From Octopus bimaculoides (lineage: Eukaryota), in contig NC_068987.1 of assembly GCF_001194135.2 (NCBI RefSeq), positions 49,840,748 to 49,895,131 of the forward strand: a stretch of 54,384 nucleotides of DNA, in the 5' to 3' direction. This document shows positions 38,589 through 52,429 of this stretch, piece after piece. Below the pieces are notes generated by a model. That model worked only from the letters and a program-made list of their open reading frames with translations, had not been told where the DNA came from and made no database searches. The position numbers were made by a program, and so were the translations under genes. Each line of letters begins with the position of its first letter. The stretch's first letter is position 1.

Positions 38589-39087
38589 AGTGATTGACAT
38601 TGTTGTTTAATCTCAGGAAAATCACTACCACAGATAAACTGTTGTCATAAAAATCTTTAAGGAAAATATTCTATCTCTGTCTTCCTTGGCATGAGATAGT
38701 TTCTCTCAGTGACATCCAATGTCACCTGTTAACTGACTGGACTGACATATTTCTTTGCAGAACAACCAATGTGGTTGCAACCATTTCAAGTTATCCAAAG
38801 CAGAGTATCACTAATGAGTTTCTCCTTACTTTGCCAGCACTGTGCAGTAAAATGATCTCTTCTTTCTGTAATGGTGTCTGATACTTTAGGATCCCTATTG
38901 TATAATCTTTCTTTTGTGTGTGTGTTCTAGGATTACAAAAGACACTTGTCCAAGGTATCATGTGGTTGGGAAGCAAACTTCTTAACTGCACAGCCACAGC
39001 TGCACCTCTGTATGTAGATATATTACATTGTTGGACTATATAGAGTTGGCTAAAAACATTCTTGGCTGTGTGGTAAGAAGTTTGCTT

Positions 39088-39604
39088 GATATTATTCTAT
39101 ATTTTTGAGATGAGGAATTATGTACATTATTTACAATGGATGGAATGGTGTCCTCATCTTGTTTGTTGTTATCACAATGTTTCAGCTGATGTACTCTCCA
39201 GCTTTCATCAGGTGTTCTCGGTGGAATTTCAAACCCAACCCTTTATTTGACTAATGGGGTACACTGTTCTCATACCTAAGTTATGTTGCTGATGTTATTT
39301 TTCAAGTCCCTGCCTGGGATTGAACTTAGAATCCGAGGGTTAGTAGCGGAGTGGATAAGAGCACGTCTACTAACCCTCGGATTCTAAGTTCAATCTCAGG
39401 CAGGGACTTGAAAAATAATATCAACAGAAAATAACATCAGCACCATACCTAGGAATGAGAACAATGTACCCCATTAGTCAAATAAAGGGTTGGGTTCGAA
39501 ATTCCACCAGAACACCTGATGAAAGCTGGAGAGTACATCAGCTGAAACATTGTGATAACAACAAACAAGATGAGGACACCTGTCCGTCCATTGTAAATAA
39601 TGTA
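39088..39604. mobile_element. Inverted Penelope-type pseudo-LTR pair (fold-back) inserted in a tRNA-SINE head
   Basis: Arms at 39123-39346 and 39367-39604, 20-nt loop. (A)GAAGTTTGCTT is duplicated at 39076-39087 and 39604-39615. Each arm has a hammerhead motif. Confidence 0.75.
39511..39556 (+). ncRNA. Minimal type I hammerhead ribozyme motif (degenerate); mirror copy on the minus strand at 39171-39216
   Basis: AACAC-CUGAUGA-A-AGCUG(GAGAGUACAU)CAGCU-GAAA-CAUU-GUGAU. Core and helix II are intact; helix I is 4/5 paired; helix III is CA rather than CG. Confidence 0.75.
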
Positions 39605-40024
39605 GAAGTTTGCTTCTCAATCACATGGTTCCAGGGTCAGTCTTACTGCATGGAACCTTGGTCTTTTGTTGTAGCAATGAGCCAACCAAAACCTTGCAAG
39701 TAGATTTGGTAGACAGAAACTGAAAGAATCTCATCATATATATGTGTGTGTGTGTGTACATGTATGTGTTTGTGTTTACACCCCCATAACTTAGTGGTTT
39801 GGCAAAACAGACTGATAGAATAAGTACCATGCTTAAAAAAAGAATAAGTACTGGGATCCAGTCATTCAACTAAATATTCTTCAAGGTGGTGCCTCAGCAT
39901 GGCCACAGTCTAATGACTGAAAGAAGTAAACGGTAAAGGTAAGGTATGTTCTACAGCAGATTACAGAACTGAAATTAAACACTGTTATTTTTACATCAGT
40001 AATCTATGTTCTTGAACAAGCAAT

Positions 40025-40340
40025 GAGGTGATGATCATCAGCCATGTTGAAAGGATGAACAATGAATGTCTACCAAAGGCCATCTTTTATTCTAAACTGG
40101 CAATAGGAAAATATCACCATAGAAAAGCACAAATGAGATTCAGAGATATCTTGAAGCAGAATTTCACATTCTACAGCATCCAACCAAAGGCGTTTGAGAC
40201 TACCATAGAGGATAGAGAGCAATGGAGGAATATCTACTGTCTAGGCTGCAAATTCTTTGAGGATAATAGAAAAGACAAGGAGCACCAAAGATGGCAGATA
40301 AGAAAGAGAAGGCTGGTCACAATCAATGAAAAACCCTAAT
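40025..40340 (+). pseudogene. RTE (BovB-like) LINE C-terminal fragment
   Basis: HVERMNNECLPKAIFYSKL...RFRDILKQ...EDREQWR. Confidence 0.7.
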
Positions 40341-43300
40341 AATCCCAAACAGAGAACGTTATCAAATGTTTCAAACAAATCTGATCTCCACAGTCATTAA
40401 AGAGTCTGTGTTAGAAAAAAACAAAATTAAAGTGATTCAAATGGGTTGGACAACTCCCTGAATCAAGAATGTCCACAACAATCCAAGGTATAGATCATAT
40501 AATAAAGAAAAATTGAAAGGGCTTTTTTTATTTTATTGCATGTCTCTTGCATATATATAATTTACTTGTGCTCTGCCCATTCTTAAGAAAATTTTTTACT
40601 CCACTCCAGTCACCCCCACCCTCCATTTTAAAATGTGAGTAGCTATGATGCCCCTCTATGGCAGCAAACCTGCTCTGCCTCCTTCTCACATTCTTTAACC
40701 TCTCATCTCTTTGCATAAAGCTACCTCACTCAAGGTTCATAACCACACAAGTGGCATTGTAACCTCACTAGTATGCTTAACATGAAAAAAGCACCCAGTA
40801 CATGTGGTATAGTGGTTAGCATTAGGAAGGACATCCAACCATCTATAGAAACATGCCAAAATAGACAGTAGAGCACAATGCAATCTTTGGGCTTATCAGT
40901 TCTGTCATACTATTCAATCCATGCCAACATGGAACATGGATGTTAAATGATGAGGATGTTTATGATGTATCAGTATGGCAATTATGTGATTTACTGCATC
41001 TGCAATTTTTCAATCTCTTTCCATATTCTCCAATAGTCCCAAGCTCAGGGCCAAATTCATGCATGTCTACAATATCTTATGTAATTCTCAGTGATGCCAT
41101 AACAACTAAGAACATATGGGTTAAATTAAATAAATTAATCATATGTAACTGTGGAGGGAACATGTGGAAGGGGTAGAACCCGGAAGACATGGAATGAAGT
41201 GGTGAAAAAGGATTTTCAGATGTTGGGCCTCACAGAGGGGATGACAAAGGACTGAGACGCCTGGTGGTTTGATGTACTTGAGAAGACACATCAAGCTAAG
41301 TGAAATCATGGTTGTCCTTACATACTGGCATGTCCCCTGCATCCATCTCTAGCTGAGCAATCCTAATCTTGTGGGCTCATGGGTGCTGGTGGCATATAAA
41401 AAGTACCTTTACCGGTGCCACAAAAAAGCACCTGTGCTGGTGCTACCTAGAAACACTCAGTACAATCTGTAAAGTGGCTGGCATTAGGAAGGGCAGCCAG
41501 CTGTAGAAACCATGCCAAAACAGACATGGAGCCTGACTAGCTCTTCAGCTAGCTAGCTCCTGTCAAATCATTCAACCCATTTGAATGGAAGACAAATGTT
41601 AAATAATAATAATAATAATATAATAATGATGATGATGACAACGACAATCTAATTCATAATCAGATCAACAAATACTGTTCAGTCACCATTTTGACAAATT
41701 TTATTTACAATGAAGATTTAGTTATCTAATTGTTATATNNNNNNNNNNNNNNNNNNNNNNNNNNNNNNNNNNNNNNNNNNNNNNNNNNNNTATATATATA
41801 TATATATATATATGTAGTTGAACTGAACTTGGTTTGGGGTGCAAACTCACTGCATGGTACTTTGGGCAAGTGTCTTCTACTTTAGCCCCAGGCTGATCAA
41901 AGCTTTGTCAGTGGATTTGGTAGGTGGAAACTGAAAGAAGCCCATCATGTGTGTGTGTATGTGTGTTTTTGTCTCCTTGCCTTGATTTTGCATTATATTT
42001 CTAAATATGCCTCACCATCATACAAGCAGAATCTTTTGTTTCCATTCTTCTGTGAAAACATCTCTGGCAATGGGGAAATATTACCTTACTTGGAAGCAGA
42101 TCATTTTAACTCATTGTGAAAATGGAAGCTTTTAAAATCACTTTCATCATCATCATCTTTTAACATGTGTCTTTCATGCTGCCAAGGCTTGGATGGTCTA
42201 ATAGCATGCAACAGGTTAGAGGGTTTTGACATGATTTATACTACTGGATACCCTTCCTAATACCAACCACTTTACAGAATACAGTGAGTACTTTTTCCAT
42301 AGAATCTGCTCTAGTAAGGTCATCATGTAGCTTGCAAGACTACTATCCCCATCAGCTGAGTGGAAGTACAGTAGAGAGGGAGGCAGCTATATGCTAAGTG
42401 ATGAAAGATTACAGTATGAAGGAAGGATCCAGAACTGTTACATGGTTATTTACATTTTTGAAGACAGAGAGTAATCAGTTTGGAGCTGGAAAGAGATAAA
42501 GATCGTGGTGACACTGTGTCAAGGTGGACCCAGGGGGAAGAAGAACAGGAGGAGTGGCTGGATAGAGGTCACAAGAGAGTACAAAAAGTATGAGGGATGG
42601 TAAGAAATAGAGTGGAGATGTGAATATACTGAATGAGGAATAAGAGGTGAGATTGGAGTAGGCAGTGAGGTCAATGATAAATAAGTGAATTGAAGTTAGG
42701 GGAGAATACATAATGACTACTCTACCCTAACTTCCATCCAGCTCGTATAATATATTGATCAATTTTATGCTACATTTCACCAATTTTTTGACTAAAACAA
42801 GTGTTAGAATAATTTTGGCCTTGCCAGTGCTGGTGCCATGTAAAAAGCATCTAGTCAGCACTGTAAAATGATTGGCATTTGGAAGGGCTTCCAGCTGTAA
42901 AAACCATGCCAAAGCTGACCTTGCCTGTGCTGGTGCCACGTAAAAAGCACTCAGTCCACTCTCCAGAGTAGTTGGTGTTTGGAAGGGCATCCAGCTGTAA
43001 AAACCCTGCCAAAATAGACACAGTAGCCCGGGGTAGTTTTCTACCTGGCCGGCTCCTGTCAAACTGTCCAACACATGCCTGCATGGAAGGCGGATATTTA
43101 ATGACAACAATGATGATGATGAATTAACTAAAGCAATTGAGCTGTCAATTTTATGTTAAATGGGTCAGTGTTTTGAAAGGTTAAGCAATAATCCATTGTG
43201 TAATTAAGCAGAAGAGATTGTAATAATAAATATGATCGCTTGTAGTAATTTAGCTTACAGAGTGATCTCCAGATTACATCCAACAAGCCCAAGAAAGGAA

Positions 43301-46300
43301 AGGAATAAATTATTTAATCATTGATGTAATGATACCAAGTCACTTGATTGTCATTCTGAAATGTACTGGAAATCTGAAGAATTAATTATTAGCTTAAGAT
43401 TTAAATATGGTGTGTATCTAGCATTCGGTTTGTAATTATTTCATTAATAAACTTGAATATATTTATTACTTCTAAAAAGACATCAACAGGTTTCCTGTAA
43501 GTATGGACATTAGAAAGTTCTATTCATCATCATCATCATCATTTAACATGTGATTTCCATGCTAACATGGGTTGCACAGTTTCACATGATCTGAAGGGTT
43601 GGCAGACTGCATTGTGCTCCATTGTCTGCTTCAGTATGATTTCTATAGCTGGACATCCTTCCTTTCTAACACCAACGACTTTACAGGGACTTTGTGGCAC
43701 CAGCATTAGTGAGGTTGCCATGTCACTTACAAGGCTGAAGAGACTTCTCAAATGAGTGGGAGTATAATAGAGAGGAGTGTCGTACTGGCTGTTGAGAAGT
43801 TAAAATATAAAGGAGAGAATAGAAACAGGTTTCTTACTGCAGAGGAAATACATAGTCACTTCATATTATATAAGGGTATATATGGATGAGAGCAACTGTA
43901 TAAAGAAATGTCACTTGTTTCATATGGAAGAGGGAGATCAAGAAAAGCATATCATGAAGTACAGAAGGCTGGTTTCAAGATGCAAATATAAAAATATATT
44001 ATGATCAACAAATATTCTTTCAGATGAACTGTTCATTTTAAACATTGTTATGTTATATTGTAGGTGTCCAGTCTTAGATCAGTCATGATTAAGTAGACTT
44101 ATGATTAAAGTTATTCCAAGAATGAACATCCCATCTTTCAATAAAACAGGGAGTTCTCTATTTTTGTAAGACGGTAAAATGTGATTAGAAGGAGATTTGG
44201 CTACCATTTCTAGTTGGATGCGTGACCACATAGCAGCTCTTTCTCATTATGTTGATTTCTCTCTAGATTTTTCTCCCTCATTGCATGTTATGTTTTTCCA
44301 AGATGAAAAATTTATCATTCTACAAGAAAAGAAAGCATTGATAACAACAAATATTTCAAACCTTTAATTACCATATTTCTGTTGAAATACACTACCTTTG
44401 TTTCAATTATTTTCAAAAATAATGAAGAATTTAGTCAAACTTTTAAGGAAACTTTTAATTTAAATAATTTTAAAATAGGGAATTTGTATCGTAGAACCAA
44501 GAGCAGTTTCAAGTGGGTTTGTATCAAAAGGGTTAAGATCATTATCCTGATAAAGCAAAGTTTAGCCTTGTGGGCTTCATGACAGTCTCATATTCATCAT
44601 GGTTTTCTTTTTGAGGTGTTTTACAGGTAGATCTCCTTCTTGTTTTTAATACTTTTAGCCACCACCACTTGCAGCACACTGTGACACTGTGTACCTATTC
44701 TAAAACTGGAATGTATATGATAAAAAAGTTATCTTTGTTCACTTATCATCATCATCATCATCATTTAACGTCCGCTGTCCATGCTGGCATGGGTTGGATG
44801 GTTTGACCAGGCTGGTATCCTGGAAGGATGCACCAGACTCCAGTCTAATTTGGCATGATTTTCTACAGCTGGATGCCCTTCCTAACACCAGCCACTCTGA
44901 GAGTGTAACAGGTACTTTTACGTGCCATTGGCAAGGGTGCCATTTGTGTGATACTGGGGTGCATTTATGTGCCACCAGCACAGGTGCCAATTTGTGTGAC
45001 ACCAGTATCTGCCATGACTGCAATTTTACTTGGCTTAATAGGTCTTCCTCTCAAGCATGACATAATGCCAAAGGTCTCAGTCATTGGACTCAAAATTCAA
45101 AAGAAACTGAAGCCATTTTGCCTCTGTGAGGCCGAATGCTCGAAAGGTGTTCTTTACATGCCAGCAGCATGGGTGCACTTGGCTTGACGGGTCCTCTCAA
45201 GCACAGCACATCGCCAAAGGTCTCAGTCACTAGTCATTGTGAGGCTCAAAGTTTGAAGATGATGCTTCACCATCTCATCTCATGTCTTCCTGGGTCTACC
45301 TCTACCACAGGTTCCCTCCACAGTTAAAGATCAGCACTTCTTTACACAGCTATCCTCGTCCATATGCCTCACATGACCATACCAGCACAGTTGTCTCTCA
45401 GACCATAAATAAATAAATGACAAGAATTTGAGGGTGAACAGAAACTAACCTGGGTGTAAGTAGAAATATGATTGACACTGTATTCTGAATTGTGTGACAT
45501 GAAAAGAAGAAATGAAACAACATAGAAGAATGACAAGGTGTTGACCTTCATTAGCAGCTACCATTTAACTGTTACTTTTTCATCAAGAGCCACAAAGGAT
45601 TGATTAGATATGATGGATTAGAGGTGGGTAGGAGACAAAATAATATTTTCTTTATTGATTTTCTGATTAAGTATAACATTATTATTAATCATGTCTTACC
45701 TTGACATGAATCAAAATGAAATTTAGTGTGGCTTATTATATTTTATGTGTGTGGTAGAGCTTGACCTGTTATGTCTGTCCGACCCAATGGAATGTAAGAG
45801 ACTCTGTTAAAAGACCAGCCTAATCATTGAGACAATTGCCTGCAGAGTCAACAGTTCATAAATTAAATGTTTTTAAGCCTTGGGGAGATGTTAGTGTTTT
45901 GCATTGGTTTCATGGCATTAAACAAATGAGAGATAAAACCTTTTCTGGATAGCATGCCAGTGTATCACAGGTAACATTTCCAGATGATCTAGGACCTGTT
46001 CATGAGTTAAGCAAAATGAGAATAAAGTATTTGGTACAGAAATGTGTTGAAACAGCTGGAAATCTAATAGCTTTTCTACTCAGCAATTTTCCTCAACCCA
46101 TGGAGTGAACCCCTGTATCACCTAAATCACAAGCCAGCTATTGCACAGAGATTCTCATATAGTATCTGTTTTCTTTCTCTATGTAAGATTTGCACTCATA
46201 AATGACTAATATATAATTATATATACACACGTTAATATACATATATCATCATCATTTAATGTCTACGTTCCATGCTGGCATGGATTAGATCATGTGTGTG

Positions 46301-46311
46301 TGATGAAGCTA

Positions 46312-47460
46312 TCAGGTCATCGTATAAGTTCTGTCCGAATTTTGAATAAAGAAAACAAGTGATCAAATGTTATATTTAATTAAAATTTAATCATCAATGT
46401 ACTTTCCCTGATTATCATTGACTTCCTTCCATCTATTTACAAGCTTTTTAATCCCATCAATGTAAAACTCTTTTGGTTCCAAAGTGAAGAACTCTGAAAT
46501 GTCAGTTTCGACCTCCTCCTGGCTTGTGTAAGTTATGTCCCCCAAAATGATTCTGCAAACTACAAAACAAATGGTAGTCTGAAGGAGCAAGGTCGGGAGA
46601 ATAAGGAGGATGAGGAATTTTTTCCCAACCAAGCTCTTCGATCTTTTGTGATGTGATCTTTGCAGTGTGGGGTCACGCATTGTCCTGATGAAACATCACT
46701 CCTTTTTGATTCACTAAAGCGGGTCTTTTTTCTTCAAAGCTTGGTTCAAATGCTCTAATTGCTGACAGTAGACTTGAGCATTGATTGTTGCATTAGGTGG
46801 TAACAATTCAAAGTGAATTACTCCTTTGCAATCCCACCAGATAGAGAGAAAAATCTTTTTCCTATAAAGTTCCCTTCTTGGTTGTGGTTGAGCTTTTTCC
46901 CTTTTACCAAGCCACTGTTTATGAGGTTTAACATTTCGATAGAAGATCCATTTTCCAAGTTTAGGAACCTTCCCAAGTTGTTGAAAATGACGATGAACAG
47001 TTGTATGGTTTGAACTAAGCTTTATTGCCAATTCTTCAACTGATAATGCAGGATTTTCTTCAAGTAATGCCTCAAGGAGCTTATCATCAAATTCAACTGG
47101 ACGTCCTGTTCGATTTTCATCTTCAAGGCTGAAATCTCTACTTCTGAATTTTGCAAACCATCTTCTGCAAGTTCTTTCATTCAAGCATTCTTTCCCATAA
47201 ACTGAGTGTATGTTTTGAGTCGCTTCGGCTGCAGAGTTTCCTTTTTAAAGCATTATGTGCCTCAAATGCTTTTTGGATACTTCCATATTAGAAAGGGTTT
47301 TAATCAAAGAAATTGTAATTCTATTATTCTGTAAAATAATATTTAATTAGTTTAAATTTACACAAATGCATAAAAATAATTTTTAATACCATTAAACATT
47401 CTAAAATACTATTAAATTTCATTCAATTTTAAAAAAGGTAAAATTTATGGGATGACCTGA
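46312..47460 (-). mobile_element. Mariner DNA transposon, 1149 bp, internally deleted
   Basis: TA TSDs at 46310-11 and 47461-62. TIR TCAGGTCATC..ATAA.TT at both ends. Confidence 0.93.
46387..47286 (-). pseudogene. Mariner transposase pseudogene
   Basis: MEVSKKHLRH...RRWFAKFRSRDFSLEDENRTGRP...LGKW/IFYRN...SIWWDCKGVIHFELLP...; a degenerate QDNA/PHPPYSPDL region in another frame. Frameshifted. Confidence 0.92.
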
Positions 47461-48267
47461 TATAAGTGATACACATGCACTCAGCTATGATGCATCCTAT
47501 AGCAGAAACAGCTGTAAGTAAATTAAGTTCAAGACAATTACTTATTCCCTTATCATTTATTTAATTTCTTATTACTGCTCTCTACTCGACTGATGCCTTG
47601 TTCTGAAGCATATATATATATTGAGTCCTAACACCACCTTATTAGTATCACTATGCCTAAGCAAAATAATGATATATACATATACATACATACACATACA
47701 CACAAGCACAGTTTAACAAAATTCAAGGTGCCCAAGGACTACCTCATGCTCCAGTGTCTCATTTGGCATGGTTTCTATGGCTGGATGCCCTTCCCAACAC
47801 CAACCACTTTACAGTGTGTATTGGTTCTTTTCTCGTGTCACTAGCACTAGTGAGGTCACCATACAGCTTGCAAGCCTATGAAGGCTGAGTGGAGGGGCTT
47901 TATGCTAGCTGATGAGGGTTAAGGATTTTGTTTGTAAGGAAGCTCCATGGCTTTTCATATTTAGGAGAGAAGTAGAAATGAATCAGTAGTTGCTGCAAAG
48001 AGGTAAATAGTGATTGGTGATGAGGTGTCTAGTGGGTGGGGGTTTGCAAGAGTTTATGGTGGTGGAAGAGATAGGGATAAATGGGTGAGGGGAAGTATAT
48101 CTGTAAGTATTGGATAGGGTTGAAGGGTGGATGCAGTGGTCAGGATTACTAGTGCTGTCCACTCTCAACTCAACATTTTCCTTATATATACACACACATA
48201 TACATACTCACACATACATGCATTTGCATGCATACATACACATACATGCATGAATGCGCATGCACAC

Positions 48268-48312
<45 letters not shown>

Positions 48313-48559
48313 GTTTTCTTTCCGTTTCTGCCTTAAAAATCCAGCCACAAGATTTTGGTAATCTTGAGGCTATAGTAGAAGACATATAGTGGAATTGAAC
48401 CTGAAACCATGTGATTAGTATACATACTCAAACAGGCAGACACAAATACCCTGTTGACGTTGTTGAAATTCCAATGAAGGTGCCTTGGATCTAAGTTAGT
48501 CTCTCTCCAAGGAACATTGGTAATGCCTGTGTATCAACAGAAGAAAATGGACCAGTTCG

Positions 48560-49330
48560 CTGAGAAGACAGAGCATGGGCACTTGGCATGAAAGACACAA
48601 ACCATAGAAGGAACTGAATCATGGCAAAAACTTTGCATGGAGTACTGACAAGTTTATGACATCCCACTCTGAAGGTTATACCCATGCAATTCAAACACAA
48701 GAGATCAGCCACCAAGTGCCCACAGCATAAAAGGCATACAACATTGACAGACAACAAATGTAGGCTGTGCAAAAACAAGATTGAAGACATTCAACCACAT
48801 CATTACCAACTGTGAGAGAATGTCTTCCAAATATTATCTTTCCTTGAGGCATTATGCAGTGGCTGTAGCTGTCTGGAATGGAATAGGATAACAAAAAGAA
48901 AACACCAACAAATGAAGTTGACTATATTGATATTGATGGTTCAAAAGAATACTGATAGAACTTAAAAATTGAAACAGCCATGAAAATAAAATACAACTGG
49001 CCAGATGTTTGGAGCCATAAGGAAAAAATATGCTCTGTTTGTGGAAATCAGCTGCCCTCTGAACACTAATGTCATCAGAAAAATACAGGAGAAAAAAAGA
49101 CATCTATGGACTATTGATAAAGAGCTTTCAAATCCGGTACCCAACATACACTTCCAGCTTTGTACCTATTATAACTGAAGCAAGAAGATATGTACCAATC
49201 CACCTGGAATAAAATATCGGTGAACTTGGATTCTTGTGGAGAAAATGCAACTCCTTAATTTACACACTACAAATGATCACACTGTCTGGAACAATAAAAA
49301 TTTGCAAGATCTTCATAAGCTCTATAGGAA
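48560..49330 (+). pseudogene. R4-like RLE non-LTR retrotransposon remnant
   Basis: HSEGYxxAIQTQEI...DNKCRLCKNKIEDIxHIITNC (CCHC) followed by a decayed nuclease region. Confidence 0.7.
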
Positions 49331-50688
49331 GCTGAACAAAACAAGATAATTTCCTTCACAACTTTGTTACAAAGTAGACATTAACTCTAAATTAAAAAGA
49401 GAAGAAGAAAAAACACACACAGACACACACACACATACATATTGATTGATTAGGGGTTCATACTGGTGTGAATTGCAATTAAGTACAAAACTTACTCCAT
49501 ATTATTAGACAGAGTGGATTAACATTGATTCAAAGCTGGGCCTACATGAGTACTTGGATTTTCTTGTCGCCATTCTTCAGGCAACACACACACACATACA
49601 TATAAATATATATGTTACTGTGTGTGACTTCATTCAAAGTATATCTTTTAATCTCTCTACTCTGCTTAGCAACCTCTTACATCGTATGTTATATATATAT
49701 CAATGTTTGCCTCTTGAAAGCTAAAGTAAATTTACAAATCCACTTAAGTTTCCACTGAGCTACATGAGTGATTTATTTACTCTTCCAAATATGGTTAACA
49801 ATTATGACTATTTCCATCCCTAAATGTGTTGGTGGTGACAGCAGCACAAGGTTGAGAGAGGGATAAATTATGGAGAAGATATTGATTTCAAGTCCATGTT
49901 ACAGCAAATTCTAATTCTTTGACTCATTCTTTCATTCACTTCTTAAGCAAATGTACTGACTGAATCTAGTTTTGGAAGGGTCTTGTGTGTATGTACGTGC
50001 ACATGTGCATGCATGTGTGAGTGTGTGTGTGTGTTGAAAATATGGCTGTATTATAGTTTTTATCTTTTCTATGAAATTTAAAAAATATTTTTGTACTAAT
50101 TCCTTTCAGATTGTTTAGAACAATAAAGCCTTCAAATCCATCATTATTGTTTCTAAATTTTCACTGTCTCATCTTCATGTTGCAGTGATGTTGTCATATG
50201 TTGCTGCTTCTTCAAAATAGGCAGGACCAATATAACTAGTAGATGTTATCATTGGAATTTGAATTTTGATCACTTGTTTATATATCATCAGTCAGGTGTT
50301 TACTTTTTTGTTTGAGACTTGTGTATCTGAGTGTTTATCTAAGCATTTGTACTATGCTGTGAGTATTGCTTCCATCATTAATCATTTATTTCTGTGGGGA
50401 ACTATACAGAATATGGATATGTTGTCCACTAATGTTTTCCTATCTAATTTTTTTAGTATTGTGGAGTGTAGTACCTTGCAGTTGTTCATTGTTGTAAGGG
50501 AATAGTGAGCCAGTAAGAAGAGCTGTACTTGTATGACCTGTATAATAACTCACCTACCTCTTCTAGCAGTGCTTGAAGAAGTTCATGCAGGCTTGTTCAG
50601 AGGAAAAGCTCTATTCTCAAATCTTTCAGCTGTTCCCCCCACTTTCCTATGCAACCTTTTTCACTATAGTTATTCAACAAAGGAAGAC

Positions 50689-50747
<59 letters not shown>

Positions 50748-51234
50748 TTTCTTATATAGGTGCAGTGCCAGAAATCTTGCCAGGAAGGAACAGTCAGTGA
50801 TATCAACTTGACTGGTACTTTTATTTTATCAGCCTACACTCACTCTCATCCACCTTTCAGCAAATTTACTCAAGAGCAGCACCTCTCTCTCTTCACCCTC
50901 AACTTTGTCTCCTAGTAGTACTTGAAAAACCTGGTGAGAGCTTGGTATGTATTTGTCCTCAGTCCTTCCAGTCTTTGTGCACAAAAGTACCATTTTTGTT
51001 ACCAGTCAGAAAAACAGCAGAGAGGTTTTCACAATGGGCTTTGCTAATAACCAGATCTGTTCTATGTGTGTCTATAGCTGTTCAGCATAGCTCTGTTGAT
51101 ATCTCACAAATGCATGCAGATAGTTTCACTAGCCTTCACAGATTTCAGACAGATCTATCAAATGTTATTTCCATGCCTATAGAGTTTCCCTAAACAGGAA
51201 TTATTCCTGGTAGCACAACCAGAGCAGAAATACA

Positions 51235-51867
51235 CAGGGCCTGAAATTTGGTGGGAGGGGGCTAGTCAATTGCATTGACCCCCAATGCTCAATGGGTACT
51301 TATTTTATTGACCACAAAAAGAGGAACAGCAAAGTTGACCTTAGCAGAATTTGAACTCAGAATGTAAAGACACAAAATGCTGCCAAGCATTTTGTCCAGC
51401 ATGTAAATGATTCAGCCAACTCACTGCCTTAATAATAATAATGGTTTTAAATCTTGGCACAAGATCAGCAATCTTGGGAAAGCTCATAAGCTTACTTTGA
51501 CTTACTTATTTTGGCTTACTTATTTTATTGAACCTTAAAGGATGAAAGGAAAGTCACCTCAGAGAAATTTGAACTCAGATTATAATGAGTCAGGAGAAAT
51601 ATTGCTTAGCATTTTGTCTGAGACTCTAATGCTTCTGCCAATTTCCACCTTAATAATAATTTCAAATTTTCATGCAAAACCAGCAAATTCTAGGGAGTGG
51701 GTAAATAAGTTCATCAAACCTTGTGCTCAACTGGTATTTATTTTATTGACTCCAAAAGGAAAAGCAAAGTTGGCCTTGGTTGGCTTTCAATGCAGAATCT
51801 AAAGAGCCAGAAGAAATGCTGCCAAGCCATTTTACCAACATACAAACAACTCTACTGGCCCACCATC

Positions 51868-51908
<41 letters not shown>

Positions 51909-52111
51909 CATTTCTACTATAGGCACAATGCCTGAAATATTGGGGGAGGGGGACTAGTTGGTTACATTGACTCCAGTACTCAACTGATACTTCTGTTATT
52001 GACCCTAAAATGCTTAAAAGCAAAGTCAATTTTGGCAGAATGTGGACTCAGAATGTAAAGATAGACAAAGCATTATGTCCAGTATGCTAACAATTCTATC
52101 AGCTCACCATC

Positions 52112-52170
<59 letters not shown>

Positions 52171-52385
52171 CCTTTCTACTAAAGGTACAAACCCTGAAAT
52201 TTTTTAGGAGAGAACTAGTCGATTACATCGACCCTAGTGTTTCACTGGTACTTAATTTATCAACTCCGAGAGGATGAAAGGCAAAATCAACCTCGGTGAA
52301 ATTTGAACTCACCATGTAAAGACAGATTAAATACTGCTAAGCATTTTGCCTGATACGTTAACAATTCTGCCTGCTCTCAGCTTTA
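51235..52385 (+). mobile_element. Head-to-tail array of five SINE copies separated by (TAA)n
   Basis: Copies at about 51235, 51440, 51660, 51910 and 52170 share the AATTTGAACTCAGAA core and end in CCACC/CATC/GCC-TTAATAATAAT. Confidence 0.85.
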
Positions 52386-52396
52386 AATAATAATAA

Positions 52397-52427
<31 letters not shown>

Positions 52428-52429
52428 AT

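Noticed and set aside
45750-46110. Unique-looking DNA with splice-like sites as exons of a second gene (also 50260-50510 and 50960-51190)
   Set aside because: No frame gave a recognisable protein or a consistent exon chain.
51235-52385. Repeat-spacer array reminiscent of CRISPR
   Set aside because: Eukaryotic context; the units are about 200-bp SINEs separated by TAA microsatellites, and there are no cas genes.
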